From a virus (Duplodnaviria; Caudoviricetes), in the IMG/VR virus record IMGVR_UViG_3300025502_001035, positions 1-24,865 of that record: DNA of 24,865 bases; one strand, written 5' to 3'. Both the position numbers and the translations under genes were made by a program. The notes under the pieces are model-generated. The model saw nothing but the letters and a program-made list of their open reading frames with translations, did not search any database and was not told the origin of the DNA. Shown in pieces: positions 24,600 through 24,865 of the stretch (position 1 is its first letter; every line of letters starts with the position of its first letter).

Positions 24600-24865
24600 A
24601 TGAGTATGCACATGGAAGGTCCTGCCCTAACTACAACAAGGACTAAAAAATACAAACTTAATTTAACTAAATCTAAACGTGCTGAGTTAGAAATGGATAT
24701 GTTTCACTACAATAAAAAACAAAAACGTAATGGAGTACCTAAAGTTACATTTGAGGAATACCTAGACTTTAGATGTGGGCGTATAGTTAAGAAACGATTA
24801 CACCCTAGTGAGCAAGGCACATTAAGAGCTGACTATTTAGAGCTACCGCCGCATAGACAAAATGA
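24600..24865 (+). CDS. hypothetical protein, truncated by the window edge
   Basis: MSMHMEGPALTTTRTKKYK... is open to the end of the window. Confidence 0.7.
   Translation, partial: MSMHMEGPALTTTRTKKYKLNLTKSKRAELEMDMFHYNKKQKRNGVPKVTFEEYLDFRCGRIVKKRLHPSEQGTLRADYLELPPHRQN

Noticed and set aside
1127-24655. All minus-strand ORFs in the track
   Set aside because: They are short antisense shadows of well-supported + strand genes, with no motifs; for example, the poly-Ser ORF mirrors the DE repeat.
1-24865. tRNA/rRNA genes or alternative genetic code
   Set aside because: No cloverleaf is seen in the few intergenic gaps, and conserved genes read through intact in the standard code with TAA, TAG and TGA all used as stops.

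Overview
AT-rich, densely packed segment with all credible genes on the + strand. It most likely comes from a large lytic tailed phage (myovirus-like, T4-type late-promoter logic, probably aquatic and infecting Proteobacteria). In order it carries: probable head/lysis-associated hypothetical genes; an auxiliary-metabolic operon (iscU, a DUF1289/YdhL Cys protein missed by the ORF track, NAD-dependent formate dehydrogenase, iscA, an SGNH-like gene, and a high-GC sufU + nfu pair); a PD-(D/E)XK exonuclease; a beta-helix tail protein; class Ia nrdA/nrdB; a GIY-YIG/NUMOD3 homing endonuclease with an unusual N-terminal domain; glutaredoxin; a PAAR protein; two probable structural genes; GGCT-like, cupin, sulfotransferase and SleB-like hydrolase genes; and an early region with DNA ligase and small ORFs. 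Main observations: (1) a phage operon combining ISC-, SUF- and Nfu-type Fe-S biogenesis proteins with an intact formate dehydrogenase; (2) fdh lies between perfect 20-bp direct repeats that duplicate the iscA start, and similar junction duplications flank other accessory genes; (3) an RBS-sequestering hairpin with a late-promoter motif at its apex sits inside the endonuclease ORF; (4) a 40-bp-period palindromic repeat precedes an early promoter. All family calls come from motif recognition by eye; no database searches were run.
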